Made by a program: the position numbers and the translations under genes
Shown here: positions 1 to 12,420 of the stretch, piece by piece
Layout of the letters: each line of letters starts with the position of its first letter
Position numbering within the stretch: the first letter of the stretch is position 1
Notes under the pieces: generated by a model
Database searches by the model: none
Told to the model about the DNA's origin: nothing
Seen by the model: only the letters and a program-made list of their open reading frames with translations
Assembly: GCF_001194135.2 (NCBI RefSeq)
Contig: NC_068982.1
Coordinates: forward strand, 19,028,843-19,089,618
Source of the DNA: Octopus bimaculoides
Lineage: Eukaryota
Direction of reading: 5' to 3'
DNA: 60,776 nt

Positions 1-714
1 ATATATATGTATATATATATATAGTGTGAGAATAGGTTATAATCGAGGCTGTGACCTTGTGAATCTCGTCTGCATATTCCATTACTCCAAAATAAATATG
101 CAGATTATATAATTGTGTCAGGTCTGATTACGGGTTAAACAATCTATGTAAGTGGCATTTTCAGGGCAATTTCTTAACAAAACAGGAGACTGGAATGCAC
201 TTAAGTGTTAACTTTTCAACGTTGCACGTTTCTCATTTGCTGAAAGGAATTACAAAAACGTACATGTTGTTGAAGCATGTAAGATATCTCCTATTTGAAA
301 TTCTGGTTACAGGGAATCGAAAAATACATTATTCGATTCTCTGCCATTTGTAATGAAGAATGAATATCACCAACAGAATTTTCCAGTCTTCTGTTTTGAT
401 GCATGCATATGTGTGTGTGTATTTTTTGTCTTTTACTTGTTTGATTCATTTTACTGCGGCCATGCTTGGGCAGCAATTTGAAGAATTGACTCCAGTACTT
501 ATTTCTTACGTTAAGCCTATCGCGTACTCTATCAGTCATTTTTGCCGAACTGCTAGTCACGGGAATGTAAAAACACACACATACACACATACACACACAT
601 ACAGATATACGCCGCATGCACAAATACATATACATATATGTGCGCGTGTGTGTATATATATATATGTGTGTGTTTGTGTGTATCTATGTATATATACATA
701 TACATTTATATATA

Positions 715-750
<36 letters not shown>

Positions 751-1589
751 ATAGCTAGAAAATTAATTTAAAAAGATACCTTGGCAGGTAAATATATATA
801 AACTTGCACAGTCATGGCAGAGCCGTAAATGAATTGTCTTGTTTCATGGGTATAGTAACATCCCGATTTCAAATCCTACTTAATACGTAACCATCTTTCC
901 CGTAAATGCCTCTAGCGTTGTGTTAGCTGCTGCAATTCTTAGTTCAAAGGGTATTTTCCTTCTTTTTTCTTACTACTCTTTTCTTGCATCTGATTTAGTG
1001 AAAGCTACATTCATAACAATATGGCCTTAGGATATTACAAGAGTATGTTGCAGTTACACTCTTAAAATGTGAAGCGAAGAGAAAGGGAGAGAGAGAAAGA
1101 AAAATTGATACTATAAGAGTGTAATCAACGAAGGATCTTGTTTAACGTATTTGGATGTCATCAGTTTGAGACTGCACTATTGGAATAGTGTTTAATATTA
1201 TCAGTCAGCTTAATTAGATATAACTTAATATAAAAAACAAATCATCACGTTCTTTAGATGTATATAAGCTGATATATTCATTATCTGCTTGATCGCAGAT
1301 GCACCATTGTAAACCTTTCTAACTTAACGAGACGAAAAGAATGTTTATTGATGATCGTTCATTCGTTAAGCGCTTACAGTCTCATAGGTTATTATGAAAA
1401 TTGCAGGGATATTAGATAATTACAGGCTATTCTTCTTTTTAAATACGTAATTAATTCATCCATATGGTCTTTGGTTTTAAGTTTAATATATTTCTAGCAT
1501 TTATTAAAATACACTTCTACGGGTGTGCGTATATAACACATAAATACGCGCGCCCACACATTTATTTTTACGTTTACTTATTCTACTAA

Positions 1590-1788
1590 AGTCACAAGGA
1601 TTGAAATTTTGGAGGAGTGGACCAGTCGATTACATCGACCCCAGTATTTCACTGGTACTTAATCAATCCTGAAAAGATAAACAGCAAAATCGACCTCGGC
1701 GGAAATTGAACTCAGAAGGTAGTGGCAGACGAAATACCGCTATGCATTTCGCCCGACGTGCTAACAATTCTGCTAATTCACCGCCTTT
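1590..1788 (-). mobile_element. SINE (GGCGGYGAGCTGGCAGAA-headed family)
   Basis: GTCGATTACATCGACCCCAG..GACCTCGGCGGAA.TTGAACTCAGAA..GCTAACAATTCTGC..CACCGCCTT is repeated in many other copies in this window. Confidence 0.88.
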
Positions 1789-1891
1789 TTACGTTTACTT
1801 ACAATAAAAACAATTTTACATTAATTTATATGGTTTCTCCATGCATTTTCAGAATACAAACCTTCGGCCAGCTAGGACATCATCTGACAGT

Positions 1892-1929
<38 letters not shown>

Positions 1930-2454
1930 TAACTGTCATATATGCATATATATATATATAATGCTAATGATAGAATAAGAGAGACAATTACTGTCAGATC
2001 ATTGATGTAGCCATACCAAATGACAAAAATGTTGTGAGTAAAGAGGTCGAAAAAAATCACCAAGTACTCCGAATTGAAAGTGGACATGGCTCAAATTAGT
2101 ATGTTCTGAATAGGATCTGATTCGTAGAGAATAGTCAAATGAATGGTGTTAGAAAATTTCGTAGGTTCCCCGCTACATCCGTGTGTTAGTACCAAGTGAT
2201 AATGTTTGGCGTCGTATGTTAAGGCTGACACAGTTGACTGAACAAGTCGAAACAATCAATGCTCGGAATGTTTTCTGTCAAGTGTTTGTAGAGAATGAAC
2301 GCATGATTAAGTTTGTAACCTTTTCCAGGTATCCCGCTACGCACGTGCGTTAGTGTCACTTGAAAGTAAATTATGCACCTAAAAAGAAGGCCTACACGGT
2401 AGAGTGAACATGGTTAATTATAATCAATGCACACACATATACATGGTGGGGGGT

Positions 2455-2750
2455 GAATGCGTGTCAATTAATAGCTAGGGGATTCAGCTCAAGATCGTAA
2501 GGCCCTGAGTTCAATTCCTGCTGACACGTTGTCTCCTTGAACAAGACACTTTATTTTAGGTTGTTCCAGTCCACTAAGCGGGCAAAAAAGTAGTATCTGT
2601 ATTTCAAAGAACCAGCCTTGTCACATTCTGTTTCACGCTGAATCTTCCTGAGAACTGCACGAAGAGTACATGTATCTGTGGAATTCTTAACGAATTGCAC
2701 GTGAATTTCACGAGCAGGTTTTCCTGTTAGTAGCATCAACTGGAGTGCCA
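2455..2750 (+). mobile_element. tRNA-derived SINE
   Basis: B box GAGTTCAATTCC followed by TTGAACAAGACACTTTATTT and the CAGCCTTGTCACA..CACGCTGAATCT domain shared with other copies in the window. Confidence 0.8.
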
Positions 2751-3050
2751 GTTTAATATATATATATATATANNNNNNNNNNNNNNNNNNNNNNNNNNNN
2801 NNNNNNNNNNNNNNNNNNNNNNNNNNNNNNNNNNNNNNNNNNNNNNNNNNNNNNNNNNNNNNNNNNNNNNNNNNNNNNNNNNNNNNNNNNNNNNNNNNNN
2901 NNNNNNNNNNNNNNNNNNNNNNNNNNNNNNNNNNNNNNNNNNNNNNNNNNNNNNNNNNNNNNNNNNNNNNNNNNNNNNNNNNNNNNNNNNNNNNNNNNNN
3001 NNNNNNNNNNNNNNNNNNNNNNNNNNNATATATATATATATATATATATA

Positions 3051-4060
3051 CCTTGGAGCAAAAGATCATTGAAAGTCAGTATGCTGATGACCATGCAGCG
3101 GTCTGCCACTCCAGTAAACAGCTTCAACAATCGGTGAATAACTTTATCAATGCTTCCACCCGGTTTGGCCTAAAAGTAAACGTCAAATGATAAAAATACT
3201 GGCACAGCCCGTTCTAAGACAGGAAACTCCAGACCTGAACATTACCATTTCAGAGACGCCACTGGAGAAAGTCAATCACTTTTCATACTTAGGAAGTTTG
3301 CTTGCGAATAAGTGCACATCGGAAAAGGACGTGGAGAACCGATTAAGAGCGGTTCACATCATGTTTGGTGGACTCGCGTATAGGGTCTTTAAGAACAAAG
3401 ATCTGAACCACCAAACAAAATTGAGTGTCTACTAAGTAGTCGTGATCTTCACTTTCCTCTACGATTATGAAACCTGGACTCTTTACCGAAGTGACAGAAA
3501 AAAAAACTAGAGCGATTTCATGAACAGAAGCTCCTCTCTATTACGAATATCAAATGGAATGGCTATCTGACAGACGTCTCCGTTTTGGAGAGAACGAAAA
3601 GCAGCAGCATCGAGGCCACCACCCTGAAACATCGTCTGATGGGAGGCAGGTCACGTAGCAAGAATGAAAGAGACCAACGCTGCCTTGTCAAACATTATAT
3701 GGTGAACTTTCTACCGAAAGAAGACTCCGTGTCCGTCTCCTCCGTCGATAAAAGGACAAGGTGAAGCAAAGCCTAAAAGTGACTGGAATCGATCCCAAAG
3801 TCTGGGACATTGAAGCTCAGGACAGGACAAGCTCTAGACAGGCATCATTCCATCTCCACTGCGACAGATAATTTGGAAACTGAGTGACAGAGGAAAGAGG
3901 AAGATAAACGCCAAGATGGAAGCTGCAACAACCAAAGCCTCCGACACAGATCCTTTGTGAACATTGCAATAGACGCTTCCATGCAAGAATGGACCTCAAC
4001 AGTCATCAGAGGTATAAACATGGACAGAAGGGAAGAACCAGACAAGAAGAAGACAAATAA
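3051..4060 (+). mobile_element. RTE-clade (BovB-like) non-LTR retrotransposon, 3' half of ORF2 (RT C-terminus plus terminal C2H2 finger), frameshifted pseudogene
   Basis: Manual translation from 3062 gives KIIESQYADDHAAVCHSSKQLQQSVNNFINASTRFGLKVNVK, with the RT catalytic YADD at 3080-3091. After a frameshift, ORF 3187..3435 reads LEKVNHFSYLGSLLA..KDVENRL..VFKNKDL..TKLSVY, then FLYDYETWTLYR..LERFHEQKL. It ends in CEHCNRRFHARMDLNSHQRYKH (3956-4021). The 5' side runs into (TA)n and a gap. Confidence 0.9.
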
Positions 4061-6846
4061 ATGATCGGACACACGATAAAACACTGACGATATATATATA
4101 TATATTTAGTTTTGGGATTTCGTTTGCAAGAATCTTTATACGAATTCGTGTGTTGAAGCATCTTTTGTTGTGTCTACGGAGAATCATTCTCTTTTAGTGC
4201 CTTATTATTTGTTCAACACGCTCATCGGTGAGTGTGTTAAATAAGACACTAAGAGACAATGACTCTCCGGAGAGACAACAATATATATATATATATANNN
4301 NNNNNNNNNNNNNNNNNNNNNNNNNNNNNNNNNNNNNNNNNNNNNNNNNNNNNNNNNNNNNNNNNNNNNNNNNNNNNNNNNNNNNNNNNNNNNNNNNNNN
4401 NNNNNNNNNNNNNNNNNNNNNNNNNNNNNNNNNNNNNNNNNNNNNNNNNNNNNNNNNNNNNNNNNNNNNNNNNNNNNNNNNNNNNNNNNNNNNNNNNNNN
4501 NNNNNNNNNNNNNNNNNNNNNNNNNNNNNNNNNNNNNNNNNNNNNNNNNNNNNNNNNNNNNNNNNNNNNNNNNNNNNNNNNNNNNNNNNNNNNNNNNNNN
4601 NNNNNNNNNNNNNNNNNNNNNNNNNNNNNNNNNNNNNNNNNNNNNNNNNNNNNNNNNNNNNNNNNNNNNNNNNNNNNNNNNNNNNNNNNNNNNNNNNNNN
4701 NNNNNNNNNNNNNNNNNNNNNNNNNNNNNNNNNNNNNNNNNNNNNNNNNNNNATATATATATATATATATAAGTGTGTGTGTATATGTGTGTATTTACGT
4801 ATGTTGTTATACATGTTTATACAGATAGATTGGAGTATAACTTCACAAGCGCACATGTATATGTATGTTTATATTCTCATGAATAGTTTGTTCTTTCAGA
4901 CATCGACTGTATGCAGTGCACTCGTGTTGGTCCGTGACGTGTATTACTGAACATATCGATGCTCATACGTCATGCAATCACAATTGCTGTATGTTTTTGT
5001 TTAACACTTGTGCGTACTCTTAAAAAAGCAACCACAGACACATCCACACAAACGCACATACATATACATTCATACATACACATACGCGTTCGCTTACACG
5101 CGCACATTCGCACACACACATACACACACACATATATATGTATATACACGCACACGCATATATATGTATACGCACGGGCTCACACACATATATGTATACA
5201 TACCCGCACGCACGCATACACACACATGCACAATGACACACACATTATACTTTTTGAACGCATATTACAATAAACATTATTCTTTCTTGAATCTAATATT
5301 TTTTCCATGCGTCTCTGTTTGCCATCAATGCTATTATTTCTTTTTACTTCTTTGTCCACAACGGATCAAGATATGCAATAAAAGATTTAGTGCTTGTAAA
5401 TATACTTGAGAACCACAGGCAATTTACTGATAAATGATGCAGTGAGTATGTGAAACTAGCAAATGGCAGTCCATTCGAGAAGTTATTATAGGCTATTGTC
5501 TGTTTGATAGTGTCTATGGTGTCATTTATTCAACACAGCACGTTTCTCTGTAAAAGAATCGCTCGTTTACTCCGTGGTAGAGTTCACGTACGACAAAAAC
5601 TGAAGCGGCAGACAGATATACTTCAATTATATAGTGTTGAATTATCATTTGTGAAGCAAAATGTTTGCAATAACCTTTAGGGATATTGGATATGTATTGT
5701 TTAATGTGAGTTTCATATTCTTTCCCTTTTTATTGGCATGTCGTGTCTATAAAACCTTCATCTTCATATTTTCTATGTTGGCTAAAATAGTTTCTGTGAC
5801 GTAATTATATTTATTGTTTCCCCTAGTTGACTTTGTGTTATAAAAAAAACGTAACACGTATGTTTCTTTTTCAGGCCTCCATATGTGCTGCTGGTGTCGG
5901 AAAAACGTTCGTAGGTATACTCTCAATGCTGATGTAGGCGAAATACTTCCAAACGATTGTTCCGTGTTGCAGGCACTAAAAAGCATGGTGGTGATTATAG
6001 AGTAGGCTATCAAATATACCACCCATTTTACCCTCACCTCCGGACACATTTACAAGCCAAGCAATCTTTGTCTACTCTTTGTCTGCAGTTTCCGTTTGAT
6101 ATATTTTCAAATTAACATTTCTACATACCATTTTGTGTAAAGCGTCTCTTTGCTTTTCACAGCTAAAGCCATTTCCAGGATATTAATGAAGATTTATTGA
6201 GGGGTTGATTTTGTTTTTGTGTAAATGAATGAGCTCTGCAACAAATCTATAAATATATATGTTTATAGTACATAATCCCCGTTATAATGTCAGAGTTAAA
6301 AATGAATCAATTAATTGTGCATCTGTAATCTCGTCTTTAACGCATTTTGTTTCTTTTTCCTGTTTAACAAATGTAATTTAAATAACCTCTATTAATCAGA
6401 TAACATACGGGAAACACATTTACCAAAATTATCTCTGTGTAGTTACCACGTTTTCAAACAAACTATTTGAGAAATGGCGCCTCATACAGCGCTTTGAATA
6501 ACCACAATTTGATACTACTAGATACATTTTGAAAGGAATACTTGGAACATATTTCCGAATGTATAACTTTTCAAGTTTCCGGCTCACTCAAACCTTTTCA
6601 TTTTCTTTCCTCCTGAACGAATTTGTGCCATGATAATGTCACTATGCAGGACATATTTTCTGTTGTGTATTAAATCCTTGCTCACGTGAGTAAATTGATT
6701 TATTTGGTAACATTCTACTCAGTGTGGTATTTCAAGTCTCCTTTTAGTAGTTTTACTAACAGTTAAATTATTTTTGACATAGCGAACCACTATAACGTGA
6801 TTTCTCTTGAAAACTGTTTTGTTTCTTTTGTGTTTATGTTCTTGGA

Positions 6847-6951
6847 ATATAGATGTTTTCGATCTAGTTTCGATTCTTTGCCATCAAATTTGAATTCTTT
6901 GCATTCAAATTTGATGGCAAAGAATCCACACTAGATCGAAAATATCTATAT
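6847..6951. other. Near-perfect 49-bp-arm inverted repeat (hairpin) with 7-nt loop
   Basis: 6847-6895 pairs with 6903-6951 with two mismatches and one G-T pair; the inner 24 bp are perfect. Confidence 0.95.
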
Positions 6952-7082
6952 ATACAACATACTTTACGATATCCGTTTCTTAAACACGCTGATCCGATTT
7001 CGAATATCATGATACACATTTCAATACTTTTAGCTTCACATTAATATTTTTTTTCCTTTTGGCCCATGATAATCTGGTATTA

Positions 7083-7457
7083 GGTATGTTGGCACTCCGT
7101 CGGTCACGACGACGAGGGTTCCAGTTGATCCGATCAACAGAACATTCTGCTTGTGAAATAAACGTGTTAGTGGCTAAGCACTCCACAGGCACGTGTACTC
7201 GTAACGTAGTTCTCGGGGAGATTCAGCGTGACACAGAGTGTGACAAGGCTGGCGCTTCGAAAATACAGGTACAACAGAAACAGGAAGAAAGAGTGAGAGA
7301 AAGTTGTGCTGAAAGAGTACAGCAGGGTTCGCCACCATCTCCTGCCGGAGCCTTGTGGAACTTTTGATGTTTTCACTCAATAAACACTCACAATGCCCAG
7401 TCTGTGAATCGAAACTGCGAGTCCGCTGCCCTAACTACTGGGCCATTGCGCATCCAC
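7083..7457 (-). mobile_element. Full-length tRNA-derived SINE with 12-bp TSD
   Basis: The - strand head is GTGGATGCGCAATGGCCCAGTAGTTAGGGC (A box)..GTTTCGATTC (B box-like). The central domain is shared with copies at 2590 and 20190. AATCTGGTATTA is duplicated at 7071-7082 and 7458-7469. Confidence 0.9.
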
Positions 7458-8242
7458 AATCTGGTATTAATCAAGCCTGTAAACAGAATCATTTCAGACC
7501 CTACCATCCTAATTTACATTGCTTAACAAAGACTACATCATATGTTATTTTCTTTCCTTTTTCTTCTTAAAAAGGTAAGATGTGATCTGGGATACAGCGA
7601 TCGGCTGGATCAAACTTTTTTAGATACTGCATTAAACTTATCCCTTGACGACTTGACTGCAAATGTGAAAACCATAAAGAAATTTCTATTAAGAAATTTC
7701 AACAACGATGGAGGACAAAACCAATATACATGAGTATTGCTTTCTGAATATCATTACGTTGTGTAACACAAATTTTGTGCTTGGGCAGCAACAGTTATTT
7801 CCTACTTGCTTACTCCTAGAAAATATGAAAAATGGCTATACATTTATTAAGACCTCAAAGGATCATTCTCAATACATGACTATGGTGCTACCCTTCTACT
7901 CTTGCTCATGATCAGAGAAACACATATTGTCAACCACTCAGGGACATGCTCATGTGGCTAACGTCAAGCAAATGACATGCAAATCTGTGGTGTAGAGCAA
8001 CATTTGTGCCATAATGATAGTTCTGCTGCAGCAACTCGGCGCTGTATCTGTACGAAACGTAAAATAGGTCAGTTTCACAACGTTCATGTCAAGGCCACAA
8101 AAGCAAAGTTTGAAGGGAAAGTAGTCATTTCCTTTGATTTCTTGAGAGAAGCAAATAGGGAACAATGCTTCCTGACCGAAGGCAAAAGTAAATAAATAAA
8201 TAAAGTTTTGTTACAGCTTTATTAATTTTCTTCATGGTACTA

Positions 8243-8700
8243 GGGCGGCGAACTGTCAGGATTGTTAGTACACCGTACAAAATGCTCACGGCATTTTTTA
8301 TGGTCTCTACGTTCTGAAGTTCAAATACCACGGACTTTGCCTTTCATCCTTTCGGAATCCAGCAAAACAAATACCAGTCTAGCACTGACATTCGATGAAA
8401 TCGACTCGGTCCCTCATCCTCAATTTCAGGCCTTGGGCATTAGAAGAAAGAATTATTAAAGCAGTGACCTGGCAGAATCGGTAGAACGTCGGACAAAAAA
8501 TGTGTAGTGGTAGTTTTTCCGGTTGTTTGTGTTCTGAGTTCAAATACAATCTAAGTTAATTTTGCATTTTATCCTTTCGAGATCGCTTATAAACATGTCC
8601 TTTAGTGTCGGGCAACAAAGTACAAGTGAAGAACTGGGGGCCGATATAATCCACCACACCGTACTCAACTGTTGGACTTTGTGCCAACATCTGAAAGCAT
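8243..8700 (+). mobile_element. Two tandem degenerate SINEs of the same family as 1590 (about 8243-8458 and 8467-8700)
   Basis: Each has GGC..G..CTG.CAG..T.GTTAG..C..CG and GTTCTGA.GTTCAAATAC..TTTGC.TTT.ATCCTTTCG. The first ends AATTTCAGGCCTTG.GC..AGAA.AATTATT. Confidence 0.8.
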
Positions 8701-11700
8701 TATAGGTTATATACTTTCAGAGATATCGGTTTGTGTAAACCAATCATTGGCAAACTACGGCCCGCGGTACATTTTGAATGGTGAACCTAACTAACAATTA
8801 GCTTCAGTTTTCTTAACAGTGCGATGCACCTGGTATTGAGCTGTTTTATGCGTCCCTCTACTAGGAAAGTTTTGACCATGCTAGGGAACAAAAGAGTTGC
8901 ATGCATTACTATATCTAATTACGTACTTTTATGATGTCAGATCAAGTTCTACTGAGATTGGGTACAGCTCTATATTTTTCTTTGTCTGACCAGAAAATGT
9001 CATTTATTATTATAGACTAGTTTTACTCGATTTGGTTTCGATCATTAGATGGACCAGTTTCGCTTGAATCAGTAATCACTTAGAAAACAACTGAACGCCA
9101 TAGATTCCCATTTTTTCTTCTTCTTTTGCAACGCAACCTAGAGTCATAATTACCTTTTGCAACATGTTGGTATATACAAACATAAAAAAAAAATCTTTAG
9201 AGGTTTGGCAAAATATATGAATATTTTATTAGTTTCTCATCGTTATTCATCATAATACTTCCGTTTCTATTGATGTAAATATGACAAAATAGAATAGCTA
9301 ACTTGTTTGTTAATGCAGTTATTGGTGATAACATGAGTGTTTTTGGTAAATAATTACAGCGTGCTGATAGCAGTGTTGATAATTTTGGTAATATATTGTG
9401 GCAGTAATTGTAGCTATGTTTCTTTTATATTTTTCATTGTTAATTATATTGACTGTTCTGTGTAGTCTTTCAGTCATCGGTATTTCCGTTAATCTTAATC
9501 TCATAACTATGTAAATCTCTCCAAATATATATTTGTTTACTTTGCATCTAGAATAAATAGCCTCAAAATAGTAAGTTGATGAAAATGTGTAAATTATTCT
9601 ATCAAGCCAGCTTTCTGAATAAGATTCAGATGTCTACCAAAAATCTAAACAACTTTAGCAAATTTAGAGCGTGATGTGAGGAGCAATATGTTTAATTTTT
9701 TTCAATTTAGACACAATACTTGAGTGGCATATATTCAATAAACACCGGATGGTTGACAGACAGCGTGTAATTTGATGGAAATTTACGTGAGATTTTATAG
9801 AGGTAGAACCAAAACACAAGATGACTGTTTTTTCTTTTTCTAGCGCTCTGGTTATTGTGTCAACCACGTTAAAAATGCAGAATAATGGAAATAACAGCAC
9901 AATACACGCCACGGTCGGACTCGAATTCTGAAAACAAGCAGGTATGATAATATATTATATGGTGTTTTGCTCCTCGCTCAAGAGATTTTAATCGTTTATA
10001 ACCGAACCAGACAACGAATGATCTAATCATATATCCGATGAGAGGTTCTTCAATTGGCTAAATATGTGTAGTCTTGAAGACCGGTGTGAGTTAGTTGATA
10101 TTTAATTAGAGGTTATCTTTAAATTAATCACTTCTCAAGTAAAGTATGTAACTCCAGATTAAAAAATAATTCTTAACTTATTGTTATATTTCGTAAATAT
10201 AATAAATGATAAATCCTACAAACACACACACACGTGTCAATCTCTCAGTTGTTCTAGTAGCTGTTTGTTGAGATGATAGGTAGCTTGGGAGCACGTATAT
10301 ACAGCCAAATGGTGAGTTTGTTCTGATAATTATCAAATAGTCGGGTAGAAGAGTGTGTCCATGTACCTGGGGTTGCAGCTGCCTGGTTTGATGAGTATAT
10401 ATTTGGATAGCATTCATATCCAGATGATAAGTTCGTGTTAATACACGCTTTGAAACCTTTTTTTTTTTTTTTGTGGGGTAAGCTGAATGTGTAGCATGGC
10501 ATAGACATACACCCTTGTATATATACGCATTTATCCTGATAACTAACTCAAAACTTGTTGGGCTGCTTGGACGCTTGGGTGGTTAATTGGCTGGCATACT
10601 CACGCATACACGTGATGAGTTTTTAATCCCATCATTAGTTTTTGTGGTAGCTTGCTATTTTTTCCTCAGTCCACTATATTTCTCAGGGTCTGTTGACGAG
10701 TTTAGAATGTTTACGCAAAATACAGGAGATAATTACATAACTATTTTAAACCGAATGTTACCATTTCTATCCCTTTTGTTTTAATATGAAATTATTTTCT
10801 TCATTGTTAAAAACAAAATGAAATAATGAGAGGTAAAAAAATGCAAAGGCGCTCTCTATTTCTTTGTCTCCATATATTTAACATGTTTGCTTATGTTAAC
10901 AAACATATTTCTCGCTGCACCAGTCTATAGGACTCTCAATAAAACAAAAATATAATACACAAACAAACGATGCGTGTGTGTTTGTTTGCTGAGAGGCTTT
11001 ATTATCTATGATTTTCCTTATACAACAATAGTGATTTCAACTCACGCTTTCAGATTAAATTTCTTGCAAAATGAATTCAAAATCAAAACATTGCAATCTA
11101 TTTTTTAACAAATGAATCTAAAGTTAAATCATGCAACACCAGACAAAAAGTTTGTACATTACCAATACAAAATTCTCTGGAATATTGCAATGAAATCATA
11201 AACAGTATGATGTATATGCGTATTGGTATGAGAAAAATTCTTGATTTCGTTGAAAGTAAATGTGATAAAAAGTATATGAGCTATCATCTATATAGCTAAT
11301 TCCTCCTCACGTTACACCATGGCTTCTAACTTATGCCAGTCCTACTCAATAGTTTTCATGTGGTCTAACAAATCTAAGAAAAAGAAAGTGCATGGACTAC
11401 AAAATAATTTACGCTTATTTTAATTACATTATACAAGATAGTAGAAGAAAACTCGGCGTAGACTAACAAAATCTTCGTAAGGACCGCTCCAGCCGGACCA
11501 AAATCGTAAATTTGTGATGTTCTCCAGCCTCCTACCATTAAAAGGAGGTAATGTAACAGCTAAGATAATTAAGATACTTAAACATAAATGATCTAGAATA
11601 AAACAACAGCAACAACTCTGTATTTTGTATTGTAGGCACATAGAAAGATATATCGGAACAAGTATTTTTCACTACTTCTAATATGGAGATGCTTGTCATG

Positions 11701-12249
11701 GCGTCATTTCAATGACGACGAATCTGATAGTAATATATTTTTAAAAGATAAGGTAACCTTGATTTAGTAGATATATTACTTCGAGACTTTCTCATATGCA
11801 GACTGCCGCCGCAGTGGATTGAGGGGTGTGTGGATCAATTATTATATTTAATGAAAGAAGTTTTTAAACTTGACTAATACCTTGCAGAGTGTACAATTAT
11901 TTCACAGACGTTTTTTAAACATTAATAAGGTGATGAGTAAGAGAAAAAAATCCAGTGTTTTGGAGGAGGCCGTCAATATGAGAAAACGATAAAATGTCTC
12001 TAACTTTACATTATTCGATGAACACTTCTTTTAACACACCAATGTGAAACTTGACTGCTTTTTATAGCATTTGCCTTACTGTAAAGAGGATTCATTGCCT
12101 TATAATCACATTTTAAATGTTAGGAATATACAATTAAATCGACGATAGTGTTAAACCTGCAGTTTATACCAGTTGGAAGGACAAAACAGAACTCGACCTT
12201 CTCAGTATTACAGTTGATTCTAATATAAGACCACTACTTGAAAAATAGA

Positions 12250-12420
12250 AGGAGCTAGTTATTCGATTACATCGTCCCAGTACTTGATTAGTACTTTATT
12301 TTGAAAGATTAAAAGACGTTGAAAAATTAAAAGACACATCTGAGCTTGGTCGGATTTGAACACATACGTAAAATGACAAACGAATACTGCAATATACTTC
12401 ATGCAATGATACTACCAGTC
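12250..12420 (-). mobile_element. Degenerate SINE
   Basis: TCGATTACATCGTCCCAGTACTTGA..GGATTTGAAC..GACAAACGAATACTGC. Confidence 0.6.

Noticed and set aside
5875-5937. ASICAAGVGKTFVG, resembling a Walker A motif
   Set aside because: The frame closes after 20 codons and there is no supporting P-loop context; likely chance.
11429-11641. - strand ORF with a hydrophobic stretch resembling a signal peptide (also 7542..7733, 10254..10508, 39687..39881, 51655..51870, 54804..55100)
   Set aside because: These are short, have no recognisable domain and no convincing paired splice sites; expected by chance.
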